Origin: Anthoceros angustus
Lineage: Eukaryota; Plantae; Anthocerotophyta
Assembly: GCA_010909165.1 (NCBI GenBank)
Contig: VJWM01000107.1
Location: forward strand, 248,001 to 312,000
Direction of reading: 5' to 3'
Length of the DNA: 64,000 bases
How positions within the stretch are numbered: position 1 is the first letter of the stretch; every line of letters begins with the position of its first letter. Under the pieces are notes generated by a model. It saw only the letters and a program-made list of their open reading frames with translations, was not told the DNA's origin and made no database searches. Below, piece after piece: positions 62,345 through 64,000 of the stretch. The position numbers were made by a program, and so were the translations under genes.

Positions 62345-63750
62345 AAAAAATTGCCACCGCTTGGTACTTTTCATACAGTTACTAATTCACGACAAACGCG
62401 GCTCTTCGAAAGCACCTGCGCCTGTGCCAAGCAATCATTCAGATTGGGATTTCAATTTTGTCTCCAAGTTGTTTGAAATGAGGGTGCTAAGGTGTGGATG
62501 TCAAAACGCAATGCTCGCTTATAAGTAGAGTACGTCAGACATATATTCAAAATAGGCCTCATGGCCGACACATAACAACTTAGTACTGGAAGATCCGGGA
62601 TGACAAGAACTCCAAAGATACCTACTACATACAAAGGTACAGAATAATAAAATGTTTTGGCCACCTAAGGAAGTTCAGGTCCAAGATTCAATCGCACACA
62701 AAACCGGCTACACTATCGGAACTAAGGTCACGTTTCTAAGACGCTTTTGTCCGCCTCTCAAAGTGTCAACATCCATCATCGCCGGGCGCCATCATCTTCC
62801 TTCCCGTCAACTTCAGAGGTTGAGTACCATATAGCGTCCAGTGTCTGTTGCTCCTCATCGAGAGGGTCTCCAGTCCTTTCTTTCATTCTCTTCGACCCTA
62901 GGGGCACAATTTGAGCCTTCCCAATATCCTTCTCGCCACGCAAACCTCCTTGGCCTGAATTGAGATGGACCTCGACGATGCGGCTCGTGTGTCGCCTCCT
63001 CCTCCGCATCCGGCAAGATTCATCCATGTACATGTTGTGGAATGAATTCTGCACATGCATCCAATATCCATTCCCCTTCCTTGGAGAATGTCTTGATAAG
63101 CTTCATCATCAAACCTAAAGGCCGTAGGGTAGGGGCAGACAACAAGTTTGTCAAGTGAATGGTATACCAGCTTTTTCACAACAGTATGGTGGGCAATCAT
63201 CGACCGACCATCATTGAAAGTGCCCTGCAAAGCATTAGGTAACATGACAGCCCGCTGCAACTCAGAGCTTTTCTTCAGACCCCAACCGACAATGACATAC
63301 TCCACCGTATCGAACCCACCCTTGTCGTTGTTGACATTTGTCTTGTCCCACACAAATGAAACAAGTCCACGCCTCTGGCACCACTTCCGCATAGGCTCCA
63401 CACAATATGTGAATCTTCCACACCATGCATTATGATCATCCCGAAATCCTCGCATTCGTTAAGTATTGGAAGGAATGCAAAACATTACCCACTTGCCAAG
63501 CATCAAACCTTCCATCCTTAGGGCCCTTGTCGAATCCACGTGGGACATCCATCACAAGCAAAAGTACCTCCTCTTCCTCACAAAACCTCGCATATCCCGG
63601 ACATCTCGAGCATGAATCGACATCGCACTTTTTCTCCGATCAGGATGTTGAATTGCAACCGCCCTCTTCTATGTCCCTATCTGCGAGCTCCGTTGCTCAT
63701 CCTTCAAGCCCTTCCATGTGTTGACCTCATAAATAAAAGCTGAAAGTTTT
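62345..63750 (-). mobile_element. Degraded long ORF, probably transposon-derived; family not assigned
   Basis: Consecutive minus-strand ORF fragments (185, 94 and 70 aa) with protein-like composition, separated by frameshifts and stops, in a repeat-rich block. Confidence 0.3.
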
Positions 63751-64000
63751 CGTGGTACTTGTGAGGACTTCAATGTCTTTTGTTGCTGCACAAAAGCAGG
63801 TTGTTTGTCGATATTAATGGGAGAGGGACTTCACGGCATGCCCTCCCGCAATAGGCCTCGGGTTCGATCCGGGGGTAAGGGCGGCATGCGGCCCTCCTCG
63901 GGCTACCTCAAGATACGCACACAGGCATCGGCGCCCCAGCGAATATGGAAAATCGGGCGTGGGAAGGAGGAAGGAAGAACAGATAATATTTTAAGCGGTG

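Noticed and set aside
63820-63890. tRNA B-box-like GGTTCGATCC
   Set aside because: No cloverleaf, acceptor stem or clear A-box could be built; at most a degenerate SINE.

Overview
This is eukaryotic nuclear DNA from a land plant. PLS/DYW-class PPR genes, nuclear PsaD, ISA3 and an FPF1-like gene support that. The short (about 65-140 bp) GC-rich introns and tight gene packing suggest a compact non-seed plant genome such as a hornwort or lycophyte (inference only). GC-rich gene islands (about 0.6-14 kb, 19.5-24.3 kb and 30.4-52.2 kb) alternate with AT-richer blocks of transposon debris and tandem repeats (about 14.5-19.1 kb, 24.5-29.9 kb and 54-64 kb). Genes, reconstructed by hand from GT-AG junctions: lycopene beta-cyclase (8 exons), a repeat-containing orphan, acyl-CoA-binding protein, DNA polymerase lambda, a PLS-E+ PPR, an M50B-like membrane peptidase, a PLAC8 protein, PsaD, a PLS-DYW PPR, an intronless bacterial/fungal-type peroxiredoxin, isoamylase 3, cyclin T1, ethanolamine-phosphate cytidylyltransferase, XRI1-like, FPF1-like and a PhoD-like phosphatase. 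The best leads are: (1) the microbial-type peroxiredoxin, a horizontal-transfer candidate head-to-head with the DYW PPR; (2) the signal-peptide-less PhoD-like phosphatase; (3) the intron-rich LCYB; (4) the 62-aa-repeat orphan; (5) an RLE-type non-LTR fragment; and (6) a SINE-like repeat family forming a fold-back structure. No rRNA, intact tRNA or CRISPR array is evident, and I cannot demonstrate a single multi-gene novel system.
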